Below are positions 1-12,899 of a stretch of 64,000 nt of DNA, in pieces. The notes beneath the pieces were generated by a model. The model saw only the letters and a list, made by a program, of their open reading frames with translations. It was not told where the DNA came from and searched no databases. Origin of the DNA: Botryllus schlosseri (Eukaryota); NCBI GenBank assembly GCA_051294905.1, contig CM119371.1:23066001-23130000 (forward strand). The letters are read 5' to 3'. Every line of letters starts with the position of its first letter. Position 1 is the stretch's first letter. The position numbers and the translations under genes are program-made.

Positions 1-94
1 GCACTTCGCGCGAATAGGCGAGAATAGCTGCCTCAGTAAATGGACACCAAATGTAGATACCTAATAGGCTATCAGCAAATAGCGGACAGCCTAA

Positions 95-553
95 TGGGGG
101 TCTGGGAGTGAAGTCCCCCGGAAGTTTGGTTTATCACCCGATGGGGGCCCAGGACCAACGTTTTTTGTTTTTTTTGGGGGGGCTGACGAAGTGCTGTTAC
201 GGCCCTGGTAACGAATAATTGTACCTGCGGGCACGCCCGAATATGTTTAATTATTAATTACGTGCCCTGTATTTTACTATACAACAGCTCACTCAGTGCT
301 ACTGGTAAATCTGATTACGTGGGCTGAGAGGATAAAAAGTTTATAGCGACTTATATATGTAATTACCACCTATTCATTCATGCATTATGGAAAATTTTGG
401 TACCTAGGGCGACCAGGCCACACAAACTTTGCTGACCATCAAAAGCACGATATGGGGTTCGTGGGGGCGAAGCCCTCAGAAGTTCGGTTTATCACGCTAT
501 GGGTGCGCAAGGCAATCGTTTTTAGGAGGGTTAACGAAGTGTTGTTACGGCCC
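95..553. repeat. Two diverged copies (about 95-207 and 452-553) of a MITE-like terminus ending GTTACGGCCCT
   Basis: ggaagtttggtttatcacccgatggg...gacgaagtgctgttacggccctg vs agaagttcggtttatcacgctatggg...aacgaagtgttgttacggccct. Confidence 0.55.
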
Positions 554-683
554 TCCCTCTTACTCATTGTCTTTATTACATTCCTTACAATATGAAGTTG
601 GGGTGGGGCGCTGGAGCACGATAATTTTTGAAAGGGGGCGCTGGAAAAAAAAAGGTTAAGAACCACTGCTCTAGAGTGTCGCT

Positions 684-2322
684 TAGGGCTGTCCAAAATT
701 TGGAAAATCTTAAAGTCTCCGTGATTGTATCTCATTCTATAGATTATTGATGAAAAACAACTATTAGCCTGAAAAAAGCTTACAGAAAAGCCGTTAAGAT
801 TTCGGTCAAAGCGTTTGAAAGTAGCTGCTCAAGAATGGGCGTGCCACCGATCATAGAACGGCAAGAAGACTAGTAATCAAATAACCACGGTTCTTGATTG
901 GCTAATCGGCTATGCTCCAATGATGACGGCAGCAGCAGCTTGCTGATTAGGTGTTAAAGAAGTCTGCTACCGGCGGGGATTCTGAGTGCGCCTTGTTAGT
1001 ATTTTGGCAGGTGATGATTTAAGATTAATTCAGGACATGTTGAGTTACGAAATACATGATGAACAAACAACACCTGCTTCACAAAACCTTTTACAGCATG
1101 ACTGCTTTATTTTGAACGAAGCGGCTGTAGCCTACATGCCGTGCTTTCATCGAGGAAAAGCAAAGGCGCTTATGCAAGTGGTGAACGAATTCCCCGTTTA
1201 AGAAGGGATACATCATCAGTGAATACAAATATAAAGCTTAACTGTGACACTATACTTTGTGTGATCCTATTGGACCCAAGTTGTAGTATATAGCTGAAGT
1301 TTTGAAGGTTCTAGGGATTGACTGAATCGGCCGGTTATGCTTGGCAGTTATACTTGCAGCAAATTAAATTCACTTATAAGGGTTGTCAAAGTCCTTAATG
1401 ATGCTGCAGAAAAGAGGTGTAAGGTAAGCACAGGCTATGTTGGATATGATATCCAAACTATGCTGGATACTATATGCAGCATAGTCTGTGCTTTTCTTCA
1501 CACCTCTTTTCAGCGGGATCAATAAGGACTTTGGCATACCATATCCAGCATAGCCAGTGCGAGTATGCGTACATTATCACCTCTTTTCTGCATTATCATT
1601 AATGACTTTAACAACGCCTACAAGTGCATTCAATTAGCTGTAAGCATCTGATAAGTGCCAAGCATAACCGGCTGATTCCGTCGATCCCTAGAGTGATCAA
1701 AACGTCACCTATATACTACAGCTCCAGCCCAATAACATCACACAAAGTATAGTGTCATTGTTAAGCTTTATATATTTGTATTCACTGATGATGGATCCGT
1801 ACTGAAACGGTGAATTCGCTCAACACTCTCATAAGCGCCTTTGCTTTATCTCGATGAAAACACGGCATGTAGGTTTCAGCCGTTTCCTTCACAATAAAGC
1901 AGTCATGCTGTAAAGGCTTCTGTGAAGCAGGTGTTGTTTGTTCATCATGTATTTCGTAACTCAACATCTCCTGAATTAATCTTGAGTCATCACCTGCCAA
2001 AATACTAACAATGCGCACTCAGAATCCCCGCCGGTAGCAGACATCTTGAACACCTAATCAGCAAGCTGCTGCTGCCGTGATCATTGGAGCATAGCCGATT
2101 AGCCAATCAAGAGCCGTTGTATTTTGATTACTAGTCTTCTCGCCGTTCTATGGTCGGTGGCACGCCCATTCTTGAGCAGCTACTTTCAAACGCTTTGACC
2201 GAAATCTTAACGGTATTTCTGTAAGCTTCTTTCAGGCTAATTATTGTTTTTTATCAGTAATCTATAGCATGAGACACAATCACGGAGACTTTTTGAAATT
2301 TTCCAAATTTTGGACAACCCTA
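684..2322. mobile_element. Foldback-type non-autonomous DNA transposon, almost entirely palindromic (about 750-bp arms)
   Basis: Starts TAGGGCTGTCCAAAATTTGGAAAAT and ends ATTTTCCAAATTTTGGACAACCCTA. Arms align throughout, and ORFs 986..1201(+) and 1782..2018(-) are near-identical mirror translations. Flanks agagtgtcgct (673-683) and tgactgtcgct (2323-2333) match 9/11. Confidence 0.9.
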
Positions 2323-2619
2323 TGACTGTCGCTATCCATGACGCGAGAATGTCTCGTGATTTTATTGATTAACTGAATATACGTTACGTTATAAACTAGT
2401 TTGATGATTTGCGGACCCCATGAGGATGTGTATGGGACCCCCAGTGGTTAGCGGACCCCGGTTGAGAACCACTTTAGTAGTCCAACTCCCATTGCTTGCC
2501 CATGCTCTTATTTAATAGTATACAAGATCAGTGCGGTTCAAGGCTTCAACAAGCTGCTTGTGCTTCGGTTATCATGTCGCTTCGCACTGGGTGAAATATA
2601 GGTCGTGTAATATTTTACA

Positions 2620-3600
2620 GTTCCATGCTCACTATAGCATATCCCAATATATAGCAATCGATGCGTGTAGTTATATCATACGAGATGCTGTACGAAATGT
2701 TCGAATACCATCGAATAGTGTTGGTAAAGTCTGCATTGCGCTTTATACAATGCGGACATACTTTCAGTACGATAAGTTGCCATGAATCCCATCAAACTTG
2801 GATTGCTGATGTATGCGCAATGGGCAGTGTACCATCTGACGATCTGATTAGTAACATCACATGGGAGCGAATGTACCACTCACTGACTTCGCCATGGAAG
2901 ACGCTAGTATCATGGAAATTCGGGAATGCAATTTTCACTGCCCGCGCCGACCGATAGTGAAATCGACAATGAAAACGGATCGACAGCGGATACTCAGTAC
3001 GTTTTACTTTGCATATTACGTGCATAGACATAATGTTTTTTATCGAGATGTTATGACAGTTGGCTAGCAAGGGTTATGATCGGAATACTTTTATTTTAAA
3101 GCTCGACCAGGGACGCATCGCCAGCCGAATGCGAGAGAGCCTACACTACACGGGAAACACGCAGGTTTGGGCACGTAGTCGACCGCAGAACGGTCCTACA
3201 TATACACGGTAATCATTAAATACATCTTGCGTTTAGTTGGTACCCGCAGATCACAGGGTTACCGGACGCGAGCGACCGGGCCGAAGAAGAGTCGTGAGCA
3301 TTTACTATACGCCTATATTCATACTGGCAGAGACTATCATATTCATACCCATACATTTGCAGCGCTTCACATGAATACGAACCCCCGCCCAGCAATCTGG
3401 TCCCATTGCCGTAGCGGCGGAGCTCGGTGAGGATGGTACGCCGTATTGGAACATATAATTGCCGCAAATAGCAAATGGTCATCTATTTACTTTCAGACGT
3501 GGATTAATACTACCGTTACCGGGTGGAACAAGTCGACGGCACTTCCGGACTGAAAATAATCATTCACCGATCCCCTAAGGCGACCCCACGATGAACTGAC
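2620..3600 (+). pseudogene. Degenerate spliced RING-finger-like gene, copy A of YR-element cargo
   Basis: FIQCGHTFSTISCHESHQTWIADVCAMG (RING-like CxH..C..C), then EHLLYAYIHTGRDYH and a GT..AG intron at 3436-3496. Homologous to 12900-14110. Confidence 0.55.
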
Positions 3601-3685
3601 GACCTGCTATTCCGCATTCTTTATTCGTTACTGTTATTCCATATTACACCTATTGACTTAATAGCGACTATTGTACGATAGCACA

Positions 3686-5915
3686 AAGGGATGATGACCA
3701 ACAAACTCAATTCGGGTCGCGGGCCGCATTCAGACCTTCAAACGTCTCGCGGGCCGGATCAGTAAAACGTGTTTCAACACACATAAAAATGAAGTTGCTG
3801 GTTCATTGCATGCACAACAGTTTACTGAGTAAACATGCTCACTTTACGGGGATAAGCTACCCCTCGAACGGCAAGAGTTCCAAAAATTATTTGTTTTTTA
3901 TATTTGCTCTGTTTGATGTCATATTCCCTGCACCTAAACCTTCTGATGATCGGATAAGTGTGTTCTGGCGACGGACAGACAAACCGACGAACATGTGGGG
4001 ATCATGCACTTTCGGATCAAAGTCACTACAGCCATCGTATCAAAGTCACTACAGCCATACGCAGAAAATTACTTTAAAACCGAAAGTACGCGAGCCAGGT
4101 TCTAGTCAGGGTTCGTCAAATCAAATTTTACCATGACGCGCTTTGGATGCTCGACATTCGCCAAAAGCCGATCTATTCGATACGCACTCGTTATCGTAGT
4201 ATAAAGGAAAGTGGTTGAAGAACTGTCACCTACGTTATGGTATTTACCATGCCACTTGGCTCCAAATTGCAGGAATATGTCTTAATCAAATTTAAAGGTA
4301 TGTGTATATGACTGATTTTTCACGTCGAATCGTAGATTAGCCTTTCAAATCAATGTTACAATCCTGTCCATGCAAAATGAAGTGGGGACCATTGAAACAA
4401 TATTTTTGGAAAATGTACACATATTGACAATTGGACGCAGAACCAAAACTGACCGAAAATGAAATTGAACGAAAGGTAAGGGGGTGTGACCAACCAGATT
4501 TGTAGGTCGAACTAACGGAAGGAATTATATCCTCTTCAAGTACACACGGTTCGTCTTCTCTCACTGCGATCCCGTATTGCTGCTGAATCTTGACACTTGA
4601 CATCTCTTTTTCTTAATGATCGCCTCAATATTTGGATGCAAATCCCGACTAGCAGCACACTTAACGATGTCATTGTGATGTTTATTGGTTAGCCGTGAGC
4701 GTTGAACTGTATTATTGATGTTCATTACGGAGAACACTTGTTCGCAAAGATATGTAGTTCCGAACATGGATAAAACCTTGGCGGCCATCGCTGTTAATCT
4801 GGGGACTGCGGTGTAAGATACTGATAAAACTTGTTCAAGTCCACTGACGCAAATTTATCCTTCATTTTGGTATCACACTGCAGGTCAATTAGCTCGAGTT
4901 GAATTTCAGCAGCCATTTCAGATGGCTCGACTGTAAATGGCGATCGGAACACGGCAAATGTATTCTTGAGCTCATGGAAGACCTGAAACCTCCGTTAATA
5001 CTCTTGCAGTAAATCTGCTATGTTTGCTTTGTAGTTTTCCGCGCCTGTACAGTATGGTGCATTCGATCTCACAGCCGTTAGACATGGGAAATGTTCCAGG
5101 TCACCTCGGGAAAGCTGAGCCTCCCACAGTGACAATTTCATTTTGAACGCGCGTATGTCGTCTTCATACTGGGTGACAACCTTATCGCGACCCTGCAATT
5201 TACTGTTAAGCGTGTTCAAGTGTTGCGTAATGTCAACCATAAAAGCAAGATCATGAACCCATTCTTTGGACTGAAGTTCGTCTACTGGGCGACCTTTATG
5301 CTCCATGAACTCTTCAATTTCGCCTCGCAGCTCAAAGAACCGTTTCAGTACTGCGCCTCTACTTAACCACCGCACATCAGTGTTATATGGTAGACCAGCA
5401 TGGACGTCATTATCGCTGATGAATGCATCGAACTGGCGATGATTTAATCCGCGCGATCTGATGAAATTAACGGTTTTCACAACCACACTCAAAACATGGT
5501 CCATCTTTAGAGTTTTGCAGCATAATGCTTCCTGGTGCAAAATACAGTGAAAGCAATATACATCTTGTCCGCCGTTCGCGATACGTACCTTCTCCCGAAA
5601 TTTCGTGGCCACGCCAGTCTTCTTTCCGACCATCGACTGCGCACCATCAGTAGCGAGGCTGATGGCACGGGACCAGTCTACCCCCGCCCTGTCAAGCGCT
5701 CCAACGAGTGAGATGAAAATATCACTCGCTGTTGTAGTGTCGGTCATGGGCACGAATTGAAGCAATTCCTTAGTAATTTGTAACGACGGATCAACACCCC
5801 TAATAAATATGGCCAGTTGGGCAACATCTGTTACATCGATGCTCTCATCGATCGCCACTGAAAATGCGATAAATGATTTAATTCTGTCTCTTAATTCGCT
5901 CTCCCGATCATTTGC
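3686..5915 (-). mobile_element. 5'-truncated hAT (Charlie/SPIN/GTF2IRD2-like) transposon with transposase pseudogene
   Basis: ORF 4995..5858 has AIDESIDVTDVAQLAIFIRG, LATDGA, HCILHQEALC, VRWLSRG and DLAFMVDIT. After a TAA it reads IQLELIDLQCD, then frameshifts into the C-terminal dimerisation motif MFGTTYLCEQVFSVMN..RSRLT (4561..4788). A degenerate Charlie-like end (aaactcaa..cgcgggccgc) lies near 3690-3770. Confidence 0.92.
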
Positions 5916-6299
5916 TAGTGTATAGTCCTAATTGCATATTTGATAATTCTCCTATCAAATGTCATAACCTTCCGAGCCATCAAATTAGTCGTTGGGATTA
6001 CTAGCATTATGGTTGCATTGCATGCAAATAAGGTTAGGAACCAATGCATTAACATGTTCACCTTTACAACATGGACGCGGTCGCGAAACATGCGTATTGA
6101 TGCTAGTTGTCATTTGACGAAAACGTGCTATATTATAAGTAGCATATCATTATTGACGTATATTTCGCCATGCTCAATATTGGTTTATGATCTCTGATAT
6201 GCATCTACGACTACGAGATAAGTGTATTGGTTGGATGCGTTCAGTGTTATGCCATTATGGCCTCGAATGTAAACGGGCTTTCAGTCACACGACGGTAGG

Positions 6300-6700
6300 C
6301 CAATCCACCATCGTACCCTTCGACGAGGGGTATGGCGTTACACTAAGGGGGGCCAACCTGAGGCCGCATAAGGAAATCTATGCAACCGTGCACACGTATT
6401 TCAATTAGTATGTGTTGGCGGCCGGTGACATGGACATTCGATTGGCGAATTCAATCCCAAATTTTTATATTTTGATCAATCTCAAACTTCCATTCGCAAT
6501 GCGCGTGATTCAACACGACTTCATGTTTCGATGTTAATATAGCAGCGCCCTTCCGAGATGAGCAGCACGGTGCCGATGTAAACCGCACCCGATGATGTGG
6601 CCCATACAGAAATACCAACTTGGCAATGGGTCACCATCACGAAAGAAAGTTTTGCAGTAATAAGCCTACCACGATTTGTGGATAGGTCGTATTTTCTGTC
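6300..6700 (-). pseudogene. Orphan ORF remnant, copy A of YR-element cargo
   Basis: Manual translation ILTSKHEVVLNHAHCEWKFEID..SNVHV aligns with MLRLKHGFVLNDTNILTFEFEE..INVHV at 18365..18559(-). Confidence 0.45.
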
Positions 6701-6960
6701 AATAATTAAGTAAGAAACGCGTCAACCAGGAAATTCAATCAGTAAATTCAAGGCACACGCCTTCTACAAGAATATCTCCGGGACGGATCTCGCAATCTTC
6801 GCTATCGGATATCCGTTCATCGTCCACGTCTGTAAGTAACATTAATATTCCGTGACTTGTTAACAACAAAAGTCATTGGTCCAAGACGTACCAGAGCATA
6901 TGACGATAACAGTTATGGCAAGCGACCTGACGTTGGTTGACCACAATATCGTCCACGCAA

Positions 6961-7108
6961 TCGGCTTCCCACGACGTACTGTGAAATTATCATGTGTTGT
7001 ACACGGGACAACATCATCTCCATAACTTGTAAGTTCGGCTTCCCACGACGTACTGTGAAATTATCATGTGTTGTACACGGGACAAAATCATCTCCATAAC
7101 TTGTAAGT
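6961..7108. repeat. 74-bp direct tandem duplication (2 copies)
   Basis: tcggcttcccacgacgtactgtgaaattatc...cataacttgtaagt occurs at 6961 and 7035 with one mismatch seen. Confidence 0.95.
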
Positions 7109-7189
7109 TAAAGTAGCACTCGCCTTCGACGACGTATCCATGTGGTACATACGCCGTGAGTACAAAGTAAAAACTGATGCTTTTTACGA

Positions 7190-7270
7190 ATTAACGTACA
7201 TTGCATGGCTAGTGGGACACTGCATAATAATGATATGCAGTGTCCCACTAGCCATGCAATGTACGTTAAT
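7190..7270. repeat. Perfect 37-bp inverted repeat with 7-nt loop
   Basis: attaacgtacattgcatggctagtgggacactgcata - ataatga - tatgcagtgtcccactagccatgcaatgtacgttaat. Confidence 0.95.
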
Positions 7271-9447
7271 ACGTATATATAATATAATATGCAGTGCATA
7301 TACTGACATTTTACATACCTGCAAGTGTCGCTTTCCAAATTGTCGCGTTCTTCTATTGGACCAGACTCGTCACTGGTCGTCCCTGGAATCAACATTATCA
7401 CAATTAGCATAAACGTAACATGATTTGGAACAACACGCAGATTTTAACGCCGTAATGCTATTCCACGTGTAATAAACGAACTAGTAACTTACCCGTGAGC
7501 TGTGTCCGAGTATGTTTCGGGCTCGTTATCGGTACACAGCAGTTCCCGAAACTCGGGTATAACATATGGGTGCATGGGTGCTCACTGTCATTATATGTAT
7601 TTTCTCTTATTTCCGGTATGCAACGTTCGTCCATGATGGAGATCAAAGCGCAATGAACGCGATGCGAATTGGCAATTTAACAATTATCACTCACCATAAT
7701 TGACCTAATCTTAACCATAGTGACGTATGAATGGGTCGGCAAAATGCTGGCACAGGTCAACGGTATTGGCTGTACTGCAATTGGTAGCTGTCTGAAGCCA
7801 GGTCATCTACATGGACTAACAGCCGGCTGTGTCTTTCGTTATATGCCGTTCGGTAGTGAGTCGTGGATATCGCAGCTTTTTCTATAGTAGGGGTCACAAA
7901 CACGCGTCCTGCGATGTCATAGTTTGCGGCCCGCTACGTGATTTAAGATTGCTGAAGAACGCTTAGTAAAACATTTACAAATGCTGACATCGATTTCATT
8001 GTCAACATATTGTTGTGGTTGTGGGCATAGCGCCTTGATGTGTAATGGCCCACCACTGCCAATACCAAGACGCTTAGAAAACGACGTCGGGCTTCCGGAA
8101 ATACTAAGCTTCGCTAGGATACCGTTTTCCAGAAGATAAAGTGTATACCTCGTCCCAATATATAGACTCTTTAATCCGAGGGATGGAAATCGACGGCAGT
8201 GGAGGGAGAATGATGCGACCGTCTAGGTTAACTTATACTAGGATGTGTTAACGGTCGTCAAAATGCTAATATAATTTGCAAATTGACTCCCTAATTTAGG
8301 AGACGTTTGAATTTTTCTCGAAATTTTCCTCGTGCTAGGCACGGTTCAACTCGAATTGACTTTCTATTTTAATATATTAGTGTCCATTTTTATCTGAGGT
8401 TCACAATATAGATCCGAAAAGCATAGGAGAAATATGCTCCCTATGAAGAAATACCAATTTTGATCCTGTGCTCATCATAACTAAGGAGATTTGTTTCCAG
8501 TATGCATACGTTTTGACCGAATCCAATATCGTTCCACTACACTGACAACTCTTACGGGTAACAGAGAAATAACATCATGTACCAAATGCGACTAGTTACA
8601 ATTGTCTCACCCAACGACGCATCGTATAATTCATTAACATCAATTTCCGAATATTCCCCCTCCTCCCCTTCATGAATTTGTCAGTGAATATGATCACACG
8701 GGATGATGAAGTATATTATTTGATAGTGATACGGGGAACAATACTTATAGTAATGGCGAACTTCATTAATGACTATGAAAAGTTGTCGCGCTTGGCCCAA
8801 CTATAAACCGTATCCCTGTTAATATACAGAACATGAATGTTCACGATTTCCGTGCGCATATTATGCTAATGTGAGTCAAACGTCAGTGAAATAGCAATGG
8901 ACAATCGACATGATCAGTTTAACGTGGGTGTTTGGCGATAGTGCATTCTGATTTTGTTTTTGCCGCCCTTGTATATTAGGATATCACGTATAACTTCCGA
9001 TATGCGGGCATTGTTGGGGTGGGGGATATGCAATAATTTACTCGGATCGCACTATGTGTAAAAGCAATCACGTGGTAAGCAATCGGCGCGATCTACTTCC
9101 GTTTGAGATAATATGCAGCGGATGTTCGATTTGTCATCATCGCAAGGTGTCTAACCGTATGATCATTAAATGGCCCTACCCACGTATGCATAACGTAAGC
9201 CACGTGCGTTGACAGGTCATTCAACTAATTTGATTTTATACGCACTGAGTCACCTAAATGTCGAGCACACACTACTAAGGACAACATTTACCGACGTCAA
9301 TCTTAGTTTATTACACAACGAACAAATATATGCTTAAACATGTCCGCTCAATTCATAAACAACAAGAGCAGCCAACACCCAACGCCGAATTATAGATCAC
9401 CAATCCGACTCCACCCTAAGAGACAACAATAGACATCGTATAACATA

Positions 9448-12400
9448 TCACTTGTGGCAGTCCCGTGGCATGTTCAATTTAATGCGCATTGGACCATGAT
9501 CTAGTCGAAATCGCGTAGCGGCTTGTAGCAATTACTCCTGTCTCCTCAATAACAATAAAAGGTCCGGATGACTACAAACACATAGAAACTGAGCTTCGCT
9601 CATCGTTTTAGGGCTCCTGCTGGATATTATTTGCCTTCACACTGCACGGCGCGCGGCATCAATCGCTATGCGGTCTGAAAATGCAGCGTATAGTTACGGA
9701 GTCGTAGGCTATCCCTCGGTAAAGCCGCTTTACCAATGGGTACGGCATATTCGGACGGGGTGTTGCTGTTATTGGAATCCGCTGAGGTAATAGGTCTGAA
9801 GGTCCTGCCTTGGTCGGAGCGTGGTTGCGCGTCTACTATGCGTTGGGGCGTCATGCGGACCGGCGACTGGGCGCTCGCGGATGCAACGTGAGCTTCAGTA
9901 CGCGTAACGTGGTCGCTGGCATTCGTATGTGGACCGCCGTCAGATGGTAACTCTTCGTGTGGTTCTTCATTCACTGAATCCCGTATTATTCCGTATATGA
10001 ATATGGCACCTTCGTAATTCATTAATGAACAATACGTTATATGTAACTTATCACATGCGAGCGTACGTCATTGCGCACGTTACGATATAACTTACTTCCA
10101 TCCGATATACCTGTTTCGATGAGTTTTAATTATTATGGAGTATGGAATCATGCCGTGATTAGCTATAATACTACAGTAACGACTGTGTTCGATTGCAGTA
10201 GCGACTGAGTGATGTTTTGCTGCCGGTTCGATTATGAGGTAGGCTACCTTTATTCAGTTGGCAAATACCTCATTATATTGCGGTGTTATGCTCGCCCACC
10301 AGTATCAGCCAAGAAATCATAGCGATATTTCATGTAGTCTTGACAGCGAATTCAGACTGACTGTATACTTGGTAATTCAGGCTTGACTCTATAGGCATAA
10401 TAATGAAGGTCAACAAATGTTGCGTTTATGGCTGTAAGTCCGGATATTTGACGACTGGGAAAAAGGTGTCGTCGTTTCGCTTTGCATTTTATGATTTGGA
10501 GTTCCTCTGCCTCGATCCTTGATTCACACGAGTGACAAATGATACTCTGAATAACTTTGGTGCTTTACTAAACCTACCGAAATATCTCGAAAATGTCCGA
10601 AAAATTTTACTGGAAGAGCTATAAAATCAAATATATTAGAAGACTGATGGTCATGAACATATTCCGTATTCATACGCAATGATTCGTTTCGCGCTCCTAC
10701 TCCGGTACACATCCGCGCAAGCTTATAGAATTTTTACAGAAAGTTTTCCCTCAATGTCAGCCGCGAGTCGGTACAGCAAAGGGAGCGTTGATGCGGTTGA
10801 AGTCCGTGGAGTTATGAAAGAAAAGGGCGAGATCTCCACTGGTATAATGTTGATGGTAGATGAGTTGTATGTACTCACAAAAAGGGGCCATATCACGCTG
10901 GTAAATATTATGCAGCAGATGAAAGCAGTCATTTATATAAAAGCATTGTTGGAATGATGGTCCATGGTCTTCAAAAATCAACAACCATCTTGGTGAAGGC
11001 ACCGCCAGAGACCGAGATTGCGGAGGAATTGCTGGATGGTATTGCTACTCTGAATGAAAATGGATTTTTCGTTTGAGGAATGTATCAGATAATCATCCAT
11101 CCGCTGTGAAAGTCTTGGAAATGATGCGAGAAAAGTGCCCTAGCAATGATAAGTTCTCTTTTCATTATACAGAAAGAAGGTTCTCGCAGTACAGGCAAAT
11201 GAGTGGGGACGGTTTCTGGTCGGTTTAACAAAAGTTACCAATTCTGAAAAGATAACACTGCTCCGTTCCATGCTGATAATTGACATTAATTTCTGAGAGC
11301 ATGATGTTCGTGTTCAAAGCTCAGCTCATTTGGATCGTTTTAAACACTATTAAAGATGTGGCAATTGAAATTACAGGAACCCTTTTATCTCCTAACAGTG
11401 AGTTGGTGTTCTATTATGTTACTGTCTGTTGTTTGTTGACAAAAGGTTCTCAAAAATGGAATTCCAAGGCATGTTGCGAGTTAATTTTTGATGAATCCGG
11501 TGACACAAGTTCGGGCTATTTCGACTCTCTCGTGTGAGATTGCTTGCTCCATCAGAACCACTCGCCAAGTTTCTTGCATCAAGTTTTTCAATCCTGGATA
11601 GTTCTGATACAATCATCAGCTTTCATCCTCGAGTCTCAGTGAAAGGAGCTCCGAATATGTTTTGCAACGATTTGGGGGCCCTAAGGCTTTGCCTGTTCTA
11701 GTCATCAAGATCGAGCTTTCAAATTGGCGAGCCTGAATCATTGTGAACATATATTACACTAACAATCAGAAGCTGGTTAATGCCTCTGTGAGAAAAAATG
11801 ATGTGGACTTGAAAAACGGCATTTGAGCTAGTCGTAACCTGCATACTTCATTGATGCATTTGATTCACGGATGTGAGGTCGAAGCTTTATGACCATAAGC
11901 CTGGTACTCGTTGTTGCGAGTAGTTACTTATGAAAACGATATCAATTTATTCTCTACATGCTATATTTGATTTTACCATGTATTAAAATACTTAACATTA
12001 GCAAGTTTGTTCCTTACCGCTATACAGATTATTTCTGTGATTAGTGGATATACTGGATAACTGTATCTTCGACGCTGTCAATTGTAACTTTGGGAAAGTA
12101 CTAATTTCGTCTGTTATACGGCTTTGCTAGACTTATCTGAAGGGAGGCATCTGGTTGCGAGAAGCGGAATCGTAAGCAATCGCTGATGTCTGTTTTGCGA
12201 ACGTCGGCCTCCCCGATATTGCAAGTGAAATGCGCCATATAAGGCCGTAAGTTATCGTAGGCCCCGGTCCATTACATAGCGCCACGTCAGCGTATATGGT
12301 TTTGTGTCGAGTAGCCAACGCAATATTCAACAGTTGTCGGCCTGCAGCTGCTTCCGGTGAGACACTCGTTGTCCGCGACAGTCCATCGTAATGCCAAGCC

Positions 12401-12450
12401 TACTATTTGCCATGACAGTACAATACTTTGATGCATCCGCGGTTGCACCA
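9448..12450 (-). pseudogene. Tyrosine recombinase gene 3' part, copy A (interrupted at about 10125-12250)
   Basis: 12250-12450 reads HYDGLSRTTSVSPEAAAGRQLLNIALATRHKTIYADVALC (copy B: HYDGMLRNASVAAGAAIGRKLFNRALATQHETIYADAARC). It resumes near 10120 as IETGISDG|gtaagt. Downstream exons SAQSPVRMTPQRIVDAQPR and HPDL..GPMRIKLNMPRDCHK* match copy B. Confidence 0.75.
10403..11830 (+). mobile_element. THAP-domain / P-element-like transposase remnant, heavily deleted and frameshifted
   Basis: MKVNKCCVYGCKSGY..KKVSSFRF (THAP start) at 10403. MIRFALLLRYTSAQAYR..GSVDAV..KGEISTGIMLMVDELY contains the first catalytic Asp region of THAP9/P-type transposases. Confidence 0.75.
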
Positions 12451-12899
12451 ATTAGTCACGTGTTCCGAGTCACAAGTCCGTTTGTGAACTCGACTCAGTT
12501 AGCTGTTATAACCCAGTCAGTCCGATTTCGAGTAATTTTACGGAAGGTTGGGCCCAAGGCCAATTTACGAGTTTCAGTCTCGAATCATCAACGGGTCGTG
12601 ATGTTTTATCGTCATGGAGTTGGCTTGTGACATAATAGCTGATCCTCAACCGCATAATAGCTTTGGAGAGTGATGTGCTAGTGAAGTCTCATGAGAGTTC
12701 CGTTTGGCGTAGTTTTTGAGTGAAGTCTTAAGTTCTCAAACTGATTAAAGTATATGGCTGTTGCATAAATTGTCGAATACTTAAAAATCTAACATGCATT
12801 TACGGGCCGCGCGCTTGATACATCTGAGCTACACATGTGCAATGTGCATGTGCACTAGTGCAGACATTATCTATACATTGTCGCGATCCACCATTTGAT

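Larger units (their letters stand above)
6735..7650 (-). pseudogene. Degenerate spliced orphan gene with acidic, SIM-like C-terminus, copy A of YR-element cargo
   Basis: Exons read IPGTTSDESGPIEERDNL, DDIVV/TNVRSLAITVIVICSD and VDDERISDSEDCE, with an intron of about 62 nt (gtacgt..ttacag). Homologous to 18795-19390. Confidence 0.5.

Noticed and set aside
986..2018. Paired ORFs 986..1201(+) and 1782..2018(-) as duplicated genes
   Set aside because: They are mirror translations of the palindrome arms, start at GTG and show no recognisable motif.
7888..12825. One large hAT element bounded by MITE-like ends at about 7888 and 12825
   Set aside because: The ends are too degenerate and there is no matching 8-bp TSD.
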